From the IMG/VR virus record IMGVR_UViG_3300013830_000006, positions 1 to 64,000 of that record: DNA of 64,000 nucleotides, one strand, 5' to 3'. The notes beneath the pieces were generated by a model that was given only the letters and a program-made list of their open reading frames with translations, was not told where the DNA came from and ran no database searches. Positions 1-9,200 of this stretch are shown here, piece by piece (the stretch's first letter is position 1; each line of letters begins with the position of its first letter). Source of the stretch: a virus. Its lineage: Duplodnaviria > Caudoviricetes. Made by a program: the position numbers and the translations under genes.

Positions 1-75
1 GGTGGGTTGTGAGGGACTCGAACCCTCGACCAATAGATTAAAAGTCTACTGCTCTACCGACTGAGCTAACAACCC
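1..75 (-). tRNA. tRNA-Lys(UUU); last A of CCA would fall just outside the window
   Basis: Reverse complement GGGTTGTTAGCTCAGTCGGTAGAGCAGTAGACTTTTAATCTATTGGTCGAGGGTTCGAGTCCCTCACAACCCACC forms a cloverleaf; anticodon TTT; GTTCGA T-loop. Confidence 0.96.
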
Positions 76-80
76 ATAAC

Positions 81-166
81 TGGTGCCGATGGAGGGGATC
101 GAACCCTCATGGTCAAAGACCGAGAGATTTTAAGTCTCTTATGTATACCAGTTTCATCACATCGGC
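81..166 (-). tRNA. tRNA-Leu(UAA) with long variable arm and encoded CCA
   Basis: GCCGATG/CATCGGC acceptor stem, AGAGA-CTTAAAA-TCTCT anticodon arm, GGTC-TTT-GACC variable arm, GTTCGA, ends ACCA. Confidence 0.95.
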
Positions 167-242
167 AATTACTAATATCTTCAAACAATAGTACAAGGTT
201 ATAAAAAAATATCGGGAAAGTTTATTTCCCGATACTAATAAT

Positions 243-932
243 TTATTGCTTGACTACATCAGAATACATCAACATAAGATCTTCGTTAGTACTGAAAATA
301 TGCTTAATCTGTTCGTCAGTAATTACCCCAATTTCTTTAGCTCTGGTGTATACGACATCATAGTAGTTTTTATATTCTTTGCACACGGTTAAGAATTCAG
401 GTTTGGAGAATATAAGAGCACCATACCTATACATTTCTCTGTTCTTGCCAAAACACCATATCATAGTTTCAGATAAGGAGCACATACCTGCAGCTATGGT
501 GTTTACAGTGCCAGGACAGCTGATGATACTGCTGATAATAGGGCCAAGAAGTTGTGTTTGATTATCTTCAAGCTCAACACCTAATACAAAGGTAACTGTT
601 TCACCGGGTTTTCTCGTATCAATAAATCTACAGAGAAGATTGACTTCTCTTGGCATCATCAGGGTATCACTTCTGAAGTAGATTCTGAAATTCTTACCGT
701 CTGAAGTTCTGATGGAAAATGGTAATCTTTGTTGCTGTTGCATAAGGAGAGCATTAGCACCCATCTGAGCATTCTTCTTATTGCCAAGTCCCTGATAATA
801 ATCAAAAGATTCAGTAGCAGCTATCTCTTCATTAGTATCAACAGGCTGTGAATCTACTTCTGTTTTATCTGTAAGTTCATCTACTGTAATACCAGCATCC
901 TCATAAGGATCTACTGTCTCTAAATAACTCAT
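243..932 (-). CDS. ClpP-fold protein, probably catalytically inactive, with acidic N-terminal segment
   Basis: Aligns by eye with the neighbouring ClpP (VNTIAAGMCSLSE vs VYTIARGLCASAA) but Leu occupies the nucleophile position; acidic N-terminus ends in ATE-SF. Confidence 0.55.
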   Translation of the reverse strand: MSYLETVDPYEDAGITVDELTDKTEVDSQPVDTNEEIAATESFDYYQGLGNKKNAQMGANALLMQQQQRLPFSIRTSDGKNFRIYFRSDTLMMPREVNLLCRFIDTRKPGETVTFVLGVELEDNQTQLLGPIISSIISCPGTVNTIAAGMCSLSETMIWCFGKNREMYRYGALIFSKPEFLTVCKEYKNYYDVVYTRAKEIGVITDEQIKHIFSTNEDLMLMYSDVVKQ

Positions 933-1651
933 TCTTCACTCCCTTTACCTGTACGTTTCATCCATTCAACAGCAGGAACTATAATATCTTCTCCAGCCTG
1001 AATACGGGCAAATTCTTCATCAGTGATATGATGATCAGCTCTTGCTTTCTTAAGTAATGTTTCATTAACATACTTAACCTGATTCTGTGCTCTCCCTTTG
1101 ATACCAGTAGATACACCTGAATCAGCATGCGAACTCATGTGATATAGCATAACTGCTAACGGCGATACCGATGTATATTCAGGCTTGGCAGCACTATGAA
1201 TAAGAGCAGCAGCACTGGCGCATAATCCACGGGCAATAGTGTATACTTTACCAGCACAGTGATCAATAGCACTTGCTACTAATCCGCCAGAAGCAATCAT
1301 GCCGCCAGGACTATCGATATAAATCTTGATAACATCTTCAGAAGTAGCAGTTAACAGTACATCAATAAGATCTACATAGTTGTTAACTTCACCTATAGGC
1401 CCTGAAATATAAGCGCTGATAATCCTTGCGTTAGTCTGAGGATCGATAGATAAGAATACAGGACACTGATTCATCGCTCCTTTTTCAGGACGAATATCAG
1501 CAGTGATATAGGTAATGTCCATATTCTTACAATCTGCATTAGCCTGAGGCGGCATTTTGAAATCTTCTGTATGAGGAATAGATTTAGGAGTTACTTTATT
1601 CTCAACATTGAAATCAGCCATACCGCCAAGTAAATCATCATAACCAAACAT
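929..1651 (-). CDS. clpP: ClpP-like serine protease
   Basis: YISGPIG, IKIYIDSPGG, GLCASAA (Ser), MLYH (His), GEDI (Asp). Confidence 0.85.
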   Translation of the reverse strand: MFGYDDLLGGMADFNVENKVTPKSIPHTEDFKMPPQANADCKNMDITYITADIRPEKGAMNQCPVFLSIDPQTNARIISAYISGPIGEVNNYVDLIDVLLTATSEDVIKIYIDSPGGMIASGGLVASAIDHCAGKVYTIARGLCASAAALIHSAAKPEYTSVSPLAVMLYHMSSHADSGVSTGIKGRAQNQVKYVNETLLKKARADHHITDEEFARIQAGEDIIVPAVEWMKRTGKGSEE

Positions 1652-2473
1652 TTACATTCTTCCTCTATAAAGTAAATCAGCGGCTGATCCAATATTGCCA
1701 TCAGCACCTAAGACACTGCTATCACCAGTGATATCAGTAGCTACTAACCTACCATTGATTTTATAATCTTTTTCATTATAGAATTTCTTAATCTGTCTAT
1801 CAGTGATCATCATAGCTTCCATACCACAGGAAGCAACAGCATCAGTCATTTCCTGTTTAGAGATATTAACTTCAAATGATTCATTGCCATTGACATATCT
1901 CTTGGAAGCTATTTCGAATCCTGGAGCATTAACCGCATCAAAAGTCACAACTATCTGAACTTTACGATATTCATAAGCACCGGGACCAGTAGAAGGTAAA
2001 CATAAACTTCTGATACTGAATGCAGTATTGATCATCGGATCTCTTAATGATTTTTCAAGTACCTCACCATAAGGGCCGCAAGGCTTAACCTTAGCTCTGA
2101 TAGGATATGCATTAACACCATGCATATTGACAGGTACATCATCTATCCAGATCTTGGTAAATAAATGGGAAATATATTTTTCATCTATTCTCATCAGACG
2201 AGGGATATCCTTCTGACCGTTGATAACAGGATGTCCCCATTCACCGAATAAGTTGCCATCCTTAAGACAGATATTGAATCTGGAATCAGGATCGTTCATG
2301 GCCTTGACTAATGAATCTGCTTCATAGATAACGTTAGCACGGGTAGGAGCACCAACACATCCTAATACAGCATCATAGCAGCCATTTTCATCAGCAGTAA
2401 GGCTTTTAAGTGAGTGCCCGTTGTACGATGGTAAGGCACCACAGGAGAATTTTAAATTAGGAGCTAAACCCAT
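1652..2473 (-). CDS. Prohead (head maturation) protease, phiKZ gp175-like
   Basis: GEWGHP, VKPCGPYG, AFSIRS and TFDAVNAPG motifs of T4 gp21/phiKZ gp175-type proteases; near the vRNAP gene. Confidence 0.85.
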   Translation of the reverse strand: MGLAPNLKFSCGALPSYNGHSLKSLTADENGCYDAVLGCVGAPTRANVIYEADSLVKAMNDPDSRFNICLKDGNLFGEWGHPVINGQKDIPRLMRIDEKYISHLFTKIWIDDVPVNMHGVNAYPIRAKVKPCGPYGEVLEKSLRDPMINTAFSIRSLCLPSTGPGAYEYRKVQIVVTFDAVNAPGFEIASKRYVNGNESFEVNISKQEMTDAVASCGMEAMMITDRQIKKFYNEKDYKINGRLVATDITGDSSVLGADGNIGSAADLLYRGRM

Positions 2474-2488
2474 AAGTAACCTCTAAAT

Positions 2489-3166
2489 TTATTGACGGAA
2501 TACGTCTTCAAGTTCGTTATTCTTGGTTTCTTTATTGACTAATGCAGCGTTCAATCCGATATCGTCATAAGCACCAAATAGTCTACTATGCGTAGTAGTT
2601 GTACCGAAGGATACATCATGTAAGTTAATGACTACTGGTTCTTTTTTCATATCAGTATATCGGTATTGGACATTAGGATTATCTTTGTCACGAAACATAT
2701 GAGAATATACTAATTCGAATAATGCATGACTCTTAGGAAGATTAAGACCAGTACAATCAGGCACATCATCATACAGACTGATGATATTATTGTAAGTAAG
2801 GAAGGATGGTCTGTTGTCCTGAGTTAAAAACTCCATCCATAAGTCATAACCAATATGAGAGTTTTGAATGAGCATATTGCTATCGTTGAATACACTTCCT
2901 TTATGCAGAGTAACTACGTAATATCTTTTCTCATTGATAGTTTCCTGATCAAGTAAATCGGGAACTATAGTTATCATACCAGGTAAGTTTAATCCGCATT
3001 CAGTCTTATCATCCACTATCATAGTAAACACACCCAGTGTAGTTACAGTATCAGTGATTACCAGATAGTCTTTATCCTCATATCTCTTAGGAATATAACA
3101 AACAAGTTTATTACAGGTTACATAGAACTTATGATCTTTTTCGTTATATTCGAATAACTTAAGCAT
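2489..3166 (-). CDS. Conserved jumbo-phage protein (phiKZ gp176-like by synteny)
   Basis: 225-aa ORF between the protease and vRNAP genes. Confidence 0.5.
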   Translation of the reverse strand: MLKLFEYNEKDHKFYVTCNKLVCYIPKRYEDKDYLVITDTVTTLGVFTMIVDDKTECGLNLPGMITIVPDLLDQETINEKRYYVVTLHKGSVFNDSNMLIQNSHIGYDLWMEFLTQDNRPSFLTYNNIISLYDDVPDCTGLNLPKSHALFELVYSHMFRDKDNPNVQYRYTDMKKEPVVINLHDVSFGTTTTHSRLFGAYDDIGLNAALVNKETKNNELEDVFRQ

Positions 3167-4453
3167 TTAAACTCCTCCTAATAAGGATAGCATTGTAACA
3201 GTACTTTTGTTAAGATCTTCAAAAGTATGATGATAACAATCAGGTTTAACAAAAGATGTCTGATCTTTATCAAAGTTATCATCAGTTACAAAGATATTTT
3301 CATATGCCTGAATAGTTAATTCTTTGCGATCAGGTAATGTATCCTTATGATAATTCTTGACTATATGAGTAGCATCATTAAGAAGCAATCCTTCTGTAGT
3401 ATTCAAATCTACTGTAATGGATTTTCTCCATGAAGTTAATTTAGTTCTGGTAGTACATAAATTACTTATATGAAGATAGATAATAAAAGTATCTTTAGAT
3501 AAAGCAGTATTGAATTGTTCTAAGACATAAGTCTTTGGATCAATAGATGTATAACTTATATCACTGGAACAATCTGGTTCATTCTGAAGAAACTTCTTCA
3601 AGGCTAATGCCTTATTAAGAGGGAATCTGTCTAAGTTAATAGTTAACTGATATTCACTCTTAATCTCATATTCATCAGGAAAAATAAGCATACCACCTAT
3701 ACTGATGATAGGTGTCCATTCATATAAGGAATAGTTCTCGTTAATCAAACTGAAATTATACATGCCATCTGTACTATATGCATAAGTACAGGTGTCAAGA
3801 GTATGTTTTTCAGTATGAATAGATTCACAGTGATAATCACCTATAGAAGTAAAGTCTAACAGTTGTACTTCAGGAGTAGTATGTAAACCATTATGCCAAC
3901 ATAAATGAGAACCATCTAAAGCATAGAGTTTATTGTCTTCTTCTCTGTATACTGGTCTGCAGGCAAAACCATTGACTATAGGAATGCATCTTTTAAGATT
4001 AGGATAGTCTAAAGCTTTATCTGCTATAGAGATACTTAAATCTTTAAGCTTCCATCTGATTGCAAAAATATTTGCTCTTCCGGACAAGTAATCGCAATAT
4101 TGAATATCGAAAGTATTGATAGAAGACATTGTATCCCAGATCTTAATAGGATTAGTAGGATACATAGTACCTGGTACGTAACCCGGTAATTTAACCGTAT
4201 ATCCTAAGACTAAAGCATCTGTTAATTGTTTATCAAATGTCTTCCAATCGTTTACTTCCATAGGTTCATAATCAGTAACTAATTTACTATAATTCAAAGC
4301 TACTGATTTTTTTGAATCTGAATTGTATACCGATACGAATATTTTAACGTTTACACCTATTCGATTAGCTAATTCAGATGGAGATATTTCATCAGGATTA
4401 TAGACAGCGATATGATTGCGCTGTTCTATATAGATCTTGTTTACATTGTACAT
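3167..4453 (-). CDS. Conserved jumbo-phage protein (phiKZ gp177-like by synteny)
   Basis: 428-aa ORF with GAGG RBS; synteny only. Confidence 0.45.
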   Translation of the reverse strand: MYNVNKIYIEQRNHIAVYNPDEISPSELANRIGVNVKIFVSVYNSDSKKSVALNYSKLVTDYEPMEVNDWKTFDKQLTDALVLGYTVKLPGYVPGTMYPTNPIKIWDTMSSINTFDIQYCDYLSGRANIFAIRWKLKDLSISIADKALDYPNLKRCIPIVNGFACRPVYREEDNKLYALDGSHLCWHNGLHTTPEVQLLDFTSIGDYHCESIHTEKHTLDTCTYAYSTDGMYNFSLINENYSLYEWTPIISIGGMLIFPDEYEIKSEYQLTINLDRFPLNKALALKKFLQNEPDCSSDISYTSIDPKTYVLEQFNTALSKDTFIIYLHISNLCTTRTKLTSWRKSITVDLNTTEGLLLNDATHIVKNYHKDTLPDRKELTIQAYENIFVTDDNFDKDQTSFVKPDCYHHTFEDLNKSTVTMLSLLGGV

Positions 4454-4610
4454 TTAACTAACCTCTATGTAAACAGTTGATTTGGATTATTGATCATATC
4501 ATTGCCGACCCACGGCGAACATATTATTTAGAACAAAAAAATAAAAAGGCGTATACTCAGTTAAGAGTATACGTCTTAAATTGTGTTGCGTTAAAATACA
4601 CTAGTAAAGA

Positions 4611-5417
4611 TTAACCATCGTATTCGTCCCAATCGTCATACGTAGGATTAAAACGATAACCAGTTTTCATTGTGTACTCTGCTTTAGTTAATATTAAATG
4701 CGGATGATTCCAAATCAATTCTGTTAGATATTTTTGCATATCAGGAACTGAGTTCCCGCACGGAGATATCAGTCTCCCAGGTGCATAGTTAGGCATATCG
4801 TAATTTATCTGGCATACATCATAACACCTGTTAGTATCCTCATCAATAGTGACATATTCGTCACAGGAGAAGTGGTATTCAACATTGCCGTCACGTAACT
4901 CTATTCTAAACAGATACGCATTGGCAATGATCCAATTAAGTTTGCTTTCAGTTTTTTTATCGATTTTACTAGAACGATTACAGATAGCTTTTGGCGGTAT
5001 CTCATCTTCATCCTCGTCATGCTCACTGTAATGGTCGTAGCAATCAGCATAAATATATTTTAGTTCGCAAGGCTTATGAGATGTACTTACCCATTTGTTT
5101 TCATTAGAATCAAAATTTACATGTTTCGTGTAAATAGCTTTTTTCAATATAAGATCAGGATGGTTTTTGACTAGTTCAGATACGCAATCAGCCATGTCGT
5201 CGATCTGATCCTTGCATGCATCCAAATGCCGATTGCCTTCTGAGTTATTATGATTAATTTTAGTAGCAAAGCAAACTGTGTCAATCTGACGGTCATCAGT
5301 GATGTACGGATAACATTCGAAGTGATATTCTGTCATGTGATCCCACAAAACAATTTCGAACAAATACGCATGCTTAATAATCTGAACAAGCTTATTACCT
5401 GTTTTTTCATCGATCAT
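4611..5417 (-). CDS. Hypothetical protein made of two diverged ~125-aa repeats
   Basis: IDEKTGNKLVQIIKHAYLF..EYHFEC..PDLILKKAIYT and IDKKTESKLNWIIANAYLF..EYHFSC..PHLILTKAEYT. Confidence 0.75.
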   Translation of the reverse strand: MIDEKTGNKLVQIIKHAYLFEIVLWDHMTEYHFECYPYITDDRQIDTVCFATKINHNNSEGNRHLDACKDQIDDMADCVSELVKNHPDLILKKAIYTKHVNFDSNENKWVSTSHKPCELKYIYADCYDHYSEHDEDEDEIPPKAICNRSSKIDKKTESKLNWIIANAYLFRIELRDGNVEYHFSCDEYVTIDEDTNRCYDVCQINYDMPNYAPGRLISPCGNSVPDMQKYLTELIWNHPHLILTKAEYTMKTGYRFNPTYDDWDEYDG

Positions 5418-5532
5418 GATTAACTCCTTAATAGTTGCTTAATAAATTGACCATATGAATAATGCATGGAAATAATTAATTTGAAAAAAAAAATAAAACC
5501 CAGAGTCTTTCGGCTCCGGGTTCCATTTCTCA

Positions 5533-6099
5533 TTACTCTGCCAGAGCATCAGGATCAATTCCCGATGCCTCCAGCATTTTACGAGATCGAATCTCAATCT
5601 GAGCCATTGTTACTGGCCCGATGAGATCGAAAATCTCATCTTTTGACGGTACAGTTGTTGCACCGTCAATGACGAATTTTCCGGTTCTTTCCCAGACCTC
5701 CAGTCTGTTGATTCTGTCCAGGAGATCAGCTCCGGCAGCTGCTCCCAGTTCATTATACATCTTTTTAAGAGCCATCAAAAGGGAGTGTCCTTCTCCCATT
5801 TCGACGGCTTTTCCGTCGGCGGCGACCTCGTAACACATCGCCTTTTTAGAGCAATGTGCGTAGAAGCACGCCACCTGAACTTCCAGCATGGTCATGCCGG
5901 GTTTTAGCAGAATGTGCCAGTCTGCTGCTGGGTCATCAAGATGACCGATTTCATGGCAAATAATGCCAGGAAATTTCCTGACAAGATCCACCATGGAAGG
6001 ATCGATGACTATGACGCCACGGCTAGTATCGGCCACGGCGCCATATACGCCAATTGCTTCAACGACGACGGTATGATTAAACATAACAAATGAATCCAT
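5533..6099 (-). CDS. HExxH zinc metallopeptidase-like protein
   Basis: CHEIGH plus downstream EVAAD; GGAGG RBS; more GC-rich than background. Confidence 0.65.
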   Translation of the reverse strand: MDSFVMFNHTVVVEAIGVYGAVADTSRGVIVIDPSMVDLVRKFPGIICHEIGHLDDPAADWHILLKPGMTMLEVQVACFYAHCSKKAMCYEVAADGKAVEMGEGHSLLMALKKMYNELGAAAGADLLDRINRLEVWERTGKFVIDGATTVPSKDEIFDLIGPVTMAQIEIRSRKMLEASGIDPDALAE

Positions 6100-6202
6100 A
6101 TTGCCTCCTGATTTGTTGGTTAATCAAATGCGTTATATATAGATATTTTTTTTCAATTTACATTACGGTCACGATATAGAACTATCGCAGTTATTTAGGA
6201 GA

Positions 6203-9200
6203 ATGTATCAGATGGAAGATTTTGATAAGTTAATGTGGGGGGATTTCGACTATAAGAATAGAGATTTTCCTGAAGAAGCAACTGAGCGTATGAATGAACA
6301 GAGATTCGCTCGTGAATACACTGTTTACAAGATGGGTGATTTGGTTAATAAGATTATCACCTTGGATAAGAAGTTTGAATTACCGTTTAATTCAATTCTT
6401 CATGTGCTTGACAACGTATCTTATCCAGATAATTATCAGGATGCTCCAAGAGTAGATGAGAATGAATTTATTCAGAGAGAATCGGGTAAGAAGTTTATCT
6501 ATCACATCAGAGAATTAGATACTACTGGCCCTATTGTTTATCCAGATAAATTTATTTTAAGGTTTGCTGGATTACCTACTACTTTAATGAAGTTCAGACA
6601 GCAGCAAGGTTCTAATTTCCGTTACTTAAATAAGATAGAAGAATTTCCTACTAATAACTTATACTTAATAGTCGTTAATCACAATCCGTTATTCAGAATG
6701 AGGATGTATGGCAGACTTCCTTATTTCAGAATTATGCAGCAGATATTAGCTTCAGTGTTTAATACTTGTGATAAACTTAAGTATCAGCATAGACATCAGT
6801 TTATTTTACTGCCTTGGTCATCTGAAGTATATGACAAATCGTTGTTTATTCGTTCCCGTAAAGAGTTAACGCCTTCAACAGTAAGAAAGCCTAATAGTTT
6901 TCACTTTATTTTTATGATGCATCTGGTTAATTTCCTATGGGAAAAAGAAACAACTTCTATGTTAGAGAAGTTAGATGATGAAACGTTAGCTCAGATTAAC
7001 ATCATTTTAAAACATAATGATAAATATCTGATCTTTAATCTTAAAAAGATTAAAGATTTTAATGCTAAGAATATCATCTATTATAGATTCGTTAATCAGT
7101 TAAATCTCTTAGCACTTATGGGAAGTGAAGAGGCTGAGAAACATCAGGATACTATCAATCAGTTAATTGAAGAGAATAAATCTGAAACAGAAAATACTAC
7201 TTTTGAAATTAAATCACCTGAGGATAAAACTGAGTTAGATGAAGTACATCAGGATACAGTTATCAATAAGTTAGTATCAGTTATTAAGCCTAAGAAAGAA
7301 ATAGCTCCAGTACGTGCAGCTGCTGCAATTAAGACTTATGTACCTCAGCCTAAAGAAGTAATGAGAGAAGTCAAACCTTCAGGTGAACAGGTAGTAAGAA
7401 GAGTAGCTATTGTAAACAAGATAGCTAACGTATCTACTATTTCAACTAAAGAAACCAAAGATACTTATGCAGAAGAGTATGTAAAAGATCTTGACACCGA
7501 AACCAATGATTTTATTGATAATAACGAAGATCTTACTCCTGCTGCCAAACAGCATTTTAAGAAATTAGCTGCAAAATATAAAGAATGTAAGGTAGATGGT
7601 GTATACATCTCCAAACTGCTACTTGATCATTCTGATATAGGATTGGAGAAAGAAGTACTTAATGAGAAAGTAGTGGGATTTGCACCAGATAAATCTGCTT
7701 TGGAGAGTTCTACTGATACATTTGAGAAGAGTTATAGAGAAAAGACATTTAAGAAACATTTTGCTGGTGTGATTTCATCATTCCAGAACAAAGGTGTATT
7801 CTTAACTGATGTTAAACAGGAAGTAATAGCAGATCCTCTTAATAATTATACGTTGTATACCTGTTCTTATGAAGATATACATAGTAAGAAATCTACTATT
7901 AAGATTAAGATACCTAACATCGATAGCAATGATAGATTTATAGCTGATGGTAACCCTATGGTTATCAAGAAGCAACGTTGCGCATTGCCTATTATTAAGA
8001 TCAATGACCACGAAGTAGCGTTAGCTTCTAACTATAACAAAACCCGTGTAGTAAGGAACACTACTAAGGCGCATAGCTTTACTGGTTATGTAGAAAGCTT
8101 TGTAAATAATAAGGATAAATCCACTGCAAGTATCATATTCGGTAGCCTCGATATCAACGAGCCTATCTCTTATGAATACTGCATGATGGCTAAACGCTTT
8201 AATGAAATTACTTTTACCAATAAAGATAAGTTTGTATTGGTATTTGACTACTATCATAGATTCAATCATGTTAAAGCTTCACAGGTTAGTCCAGAGAAAG
8301 TAGAAAAGTTAGAAAATAATTATGGTACTTTCTTTGGTTATAATACCAATGATATATTCTTTATTGATAATACTAATCAGGTATTTGCGGTTAATAAAAA
8401 GAATTTCAGTGAAGATGTAGATTTCCCTTATACATCGTTATTGGATCTTCTTAAATTATCTTTAAGAGATGGAATAGAAGTTAAAAAAGCTCTCAGTGAA
8501 TTTCTTACTATTAAGATACTTAATGCTGAATTACCTGTAATGATTATGTTAGCTTACAGGTATGGTCTCAGAAGAATGTTAGACTATATCGGTATAGAGT
8601 ACTACATTACTGAGAACAGATCTAAGATTATTGTAAGTGAAAGTACTCCTGCTACTGAGTCATTCGGAGTTAATTCAGACAGAGTGGCTGGTTCTGATGA
8701 GCTTGAAATACTTTATGGTAAAGATTGGATTAAACCTAGAAATGATTCTAAGCCCAATATTGTTATAACCAATAGAAGAGCTGAACAGGATGAAACTGAT
8801 TATGAGATTCTTCAGAATGATAGAAATAAAAATGATCTGACGTATAGTTTACCTGGTACAGAAGATCTTAAAGTATTCGAAGAAGATGGTTCTACCCGTA
8901 TTCTGTGGCAGCATCTTAATGCTGGAATGTGTATTGCATTAATAGCTGATCCTAATCCAGAATATCTGAATACTGATGATGAAGCAACAGAATATGCACG
9001 TTCTATTATAAAGAAATACGATAGAAATGGTGATCTGTTTCTTATGACTGATGATACGTGGGCTAAAGAAATTTGCCAGAAATATCATTTAGACAGACAT
9101 CCTGATATTGTGTTTAGAGGAGGAACAGTTTACTGTTCCTGTTCTGGCGGTACTATTCTTTTGTATGAAAAATTATTTGAGGCCTTTCCTGAAGCTTTTT

